From an uncultured delta proteobacterium (GTDB taxonomy: Bacteria > Desulfobacterota > Desulfobacteria > Desulfobacterales > UBA2156), in the NCBI GenBank assembly GCA_963736855.1, contig CAVTQK010000013.1:32001-96000 (forward strand): a stretch of 64,000 nt of DNA. Direction: 5' to 3'. The translations under genes were made by a program, and so were the position numbers. Below, in pieces: positions 62,019 to 64,000 of this stretch (position 1 is its first letter; the number at the start of each line of letters is the position of its first letter). Under the pieces are notes generated by a model. That model worked only from the letters and a program-made list of their open reading frames with translations. It was not told the origin of the DNA and ran no database searches.

Positions 62019-62197
62019 AATCTCCCCTCAGATCCGTTTTGATTTCATCCCGGCATCCGTCGCTCTGTCTTCGCGTAACTTAACCCGGATTCGACGTTTT
62101 TAAAAAAAGGTAAGTGTGCTATGATACGAAATTGTACTGTATCTATAAAAGAGGTCCTCGGTTGTCAAATCAAAACCCGGAATGAACGGGGGATGTA

Positions 62198-62656
62198 ATG
62201 GAAGATATTCAGCCTCATAAGCTTGTCGAAAGAGACGGATTTTCCCGCCCTTGCCTGTTTCGCGTTCCGCCAAAAACCGATGTCTCGGTCAAGATCAAGA
62301 CAGACCCGGATTCCGCTTCCCGGGAAGCGGAATCCCCTGATGAAGGCGAGGCTATCCGCTGCCGGGCATGCGGCCGGACTATAACCCGCGCAAGCGAACG
62401 AGCAGAGGTGGAAGGAGCCCATCAGCACACCTTTGCCAATCCCCAAGGGGTCGTATTTCAGATCGGATGTTTCCAATCCGCCTGGGGCTGCGCTCTGGTA
62501 GGTTCGGCCACCGATGACTTCACCTGGTTCAAGGGGTTCACTTGGCGCGTGGCCGTCTGCGGTTCCTGCCTAACCCACATGGGGTGGCTTTACGCATCCT
62601 CCGGCGGATCGTATTTTTACGGCCTCATTTTGGACCGGCTTGTCGAACGCCGATAA
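62198..62656 (+). CDS. Cereblon family protein (single CULT/thalidomide-binding domain)
   Basis: CRAC...H.H.FANP.G..F.I.CF, FTWF.GFTW, CGSC..HMGW.Y, FYGLI. Confidence 0.88.
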   Translation: MEDIQPHKLVERDGFSRPCLFRVPPKTDVSVKIKTDPDSASREAESPDEGEAIRCRACGRTITRASERAEVEGAHQHTFANPQGVVFQIGCFQSAWGCALVGSATDDFTWFKGFTWRVAVCGSCLTHMGWLYASSGGSYFYGLILDRLVERR

Positions 62657-62710
62657 ATCCGGCCATCTCGTTTGTTCCCGAATCATCGTAATGAATGGAC
62701 GGCATGGGAA

Positions 62711-64000
62711 TCACCGGAGTCTGTCCTTGAGCCCGGTATAGCGCTTCTGGGTCCGGTCATTTTTAACGCCGATGGCCAAAGCCTTTCGGGTGCCCACCAT
62801 CACCAGGAGACGCTGGGCGCGAGTGACGGCCGTGTAGATCAGGTTTCGCTGAAGCAGGATGTAGTGCTGGGTCAGCACGGGCACAATAACGGCCGGATAT
62901 TCCGACCCCTGGGATTTGTGAACCGAAACCGCATAGGCTAAAACGATCTCGTCGAGTTCGGAAAAATCATAGACCACTCCCCGGCCGTCATAGGAAACAA
63001 TGACTTCTTGTTCTTCTTTCAGGATTTCCACGATTTTTCCGATATCCCCGTTGAAGACCTCTTTGTCGTAATTATTCCGGATTTGCATCACCTTGTCGTA
63101 CATGCGGAATGCGAGTCCTCCGCGTAAGATGCCGTCCGGCCGGGGGTTCAGCTCCTGCTGGAGCTGTCGGTTGAGGTTTTCGGCGCCCACCACGCCTTTA
63201 TGCATGGGGCTTAGGACCTGGATCTCCTCAATCGGGTCGAATCCGAACCGCGAAGGGATCCGCTCCTTGGCAAGCCATAAAATGGTTTGAAGGACCTTCT
63301 CCGGATCTTCCCGGTCAATGAAATAAAAATCGGTCTTCAAATCAAAATCCTTCGGGGGGCGGATATCGGGGAATTCGCCGGCGTTAATGCGATGGGCGTT
63401 AACGATGATCCGGCTCCCCTCTGCCTGACGAAATATCTTCATCAAAGAGGCTACGGGAATTATACCGGACTCGATAATGTCCTTGAGCACGTTCCCCGCC
63501 CCCACCGACGGGAGCTGGTTCACGTCGCCCACAAGAATCAGTGTCGCACTTTCAGGGATGCCTTTCAGGAGGTGGTACATGAGAAACGTGTCGATCATGG
63601 AGGCTTCATCCAGGACCAGCAAATGACACCTCAGCAAGCGGTTTTCGTTTCGTTGAAAAGCATGCTGCTTGGGGCTGTATTCCAGGAGGCGGTGAATGGT
63701 CTTTGCTGCAAATCCGCACGCTTCGCTCATCCGCTTGGCCGCCCTCCCCGTAGGGGCAGCCAGGAGGATCCGGGCTCCCCGTTGGGCAAAAATAGCCAGA
63801 ATAGCCCGAATGATGGTGGTCTTCCCGGTTCCCGGTCCGCCGGTGATCACCAGCACCTTTTGTTTGAGGGCGGCCTGAATGGCCTTGACCTGGTCGGCTT
63901 CCAGTGCGATGGAAAGGGAACCCTGAGCCTCTTTCAAGGCCTCTTCGGGGTCCGGTATCTGCAGAGACCTGGGGGAATCGGCAAGCCTTTTTAAGGCATC
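62711..64000 (-). CDS. recD2: ATP-dependent RecD2-like helicase, C-terminal part; runs off the window end
   Basis: GGPGTGKTT, APTGRAAKR, TIHRLL, DEASM, VGD.NQLPSVG.G, FRQA, FNGDIG, HKSQGSEY, YTAVTRA. Confidence 0.92.
   Translation of the reverse strand, partial: DALKRLADSPRSLQIPDPEEALKEAQGSLSIALEADQVKAIQAALKQKVLVITGGPGTGKTTIIRAILAIFAQRGARILLAAPTGRAAKRMSEACGFAAKTIHRLLEYSPKQHAFQRNENRLLRCHLLVLDEASMIDTFLMYHLLKGIPESATLILVGDVNQLPSVGAGNVLKDIIESGIIPVASLMKIFRQAEGSRIIVNAHRINAGEFPDIRPPKDFDLKTDFYFIDREDPEKVLQTILWLAKERIPSRFGFDPIEEIQVLSPMHKGVVGAENLNRQLQQELNPRPDGILRGGLAFRMYDKVMQIRNNYDKEVFNGDIGKIVEILKEEQEVIVSYDGRGVVYDFSELDEIVLAYAVSVHKSQGSEYPAVIVPVLTQHYILLQRNLIYTAVTRAQRLLVMVGTRKALAIGVKNDRTQKRYTGLKDRLR

Overview
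Chromosomal segment of an anaerobic deltaproteobacterium. A Desulfobacterales-like origin is inferred from gene content. Most of the window is housekeeping and metabolic: TRAP transporters, nadE, a stand-alone fusA, parAB, ispH, plsY, mscL, ltaE, a PurH half-enzyme and recD2. Four parts stand out. (1) An accessory island of about 12 kb (~10.65-22.6 kb) starts at a decayed IS3 remnant. It carries lasso-peptide-type maturation genes: an Asn-synthetase-like cyclase lacking the catalytic Cys2, a PqqD/RRE protein, an HPr-kinase-like protein and an NTP_transf_5 nucleotidyltransferase. It also holds two tandem radical SAM paralogues, a bicupin and two glycosyltransferase-like proteins. No B2 peptidase or canonical precursor is visible. 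(2) An operon of dsrE, hdrA-like, hdrA/mvhD and hdrD-like genes, whose last gene very probably reads an in-frame UGA as selenocysteine (PE-U-GH, followed by a SECIS-like hairpin with a GGUC loop). (3) An RpiR, TAXI-TRAP, class III aminotransferase and beta-keto acid cleavage enzyme cluster, suggesting beta-amino acid catabolism. (4) A family of ~190-bp MITEs with 6-bp AANNTT target duplications. Other items of note are a truncated amt behind a sigma54 promoter, an orphan pseudopilin/HD-GYP pair, an IspH-UbiA-like fusion and a bacterial cereblon. Many single-base frameshifts suggest an error-prone long-read consensus, so pseudogene calls are tentative. No rRNA, tRNA or CRISPR array was recognised.
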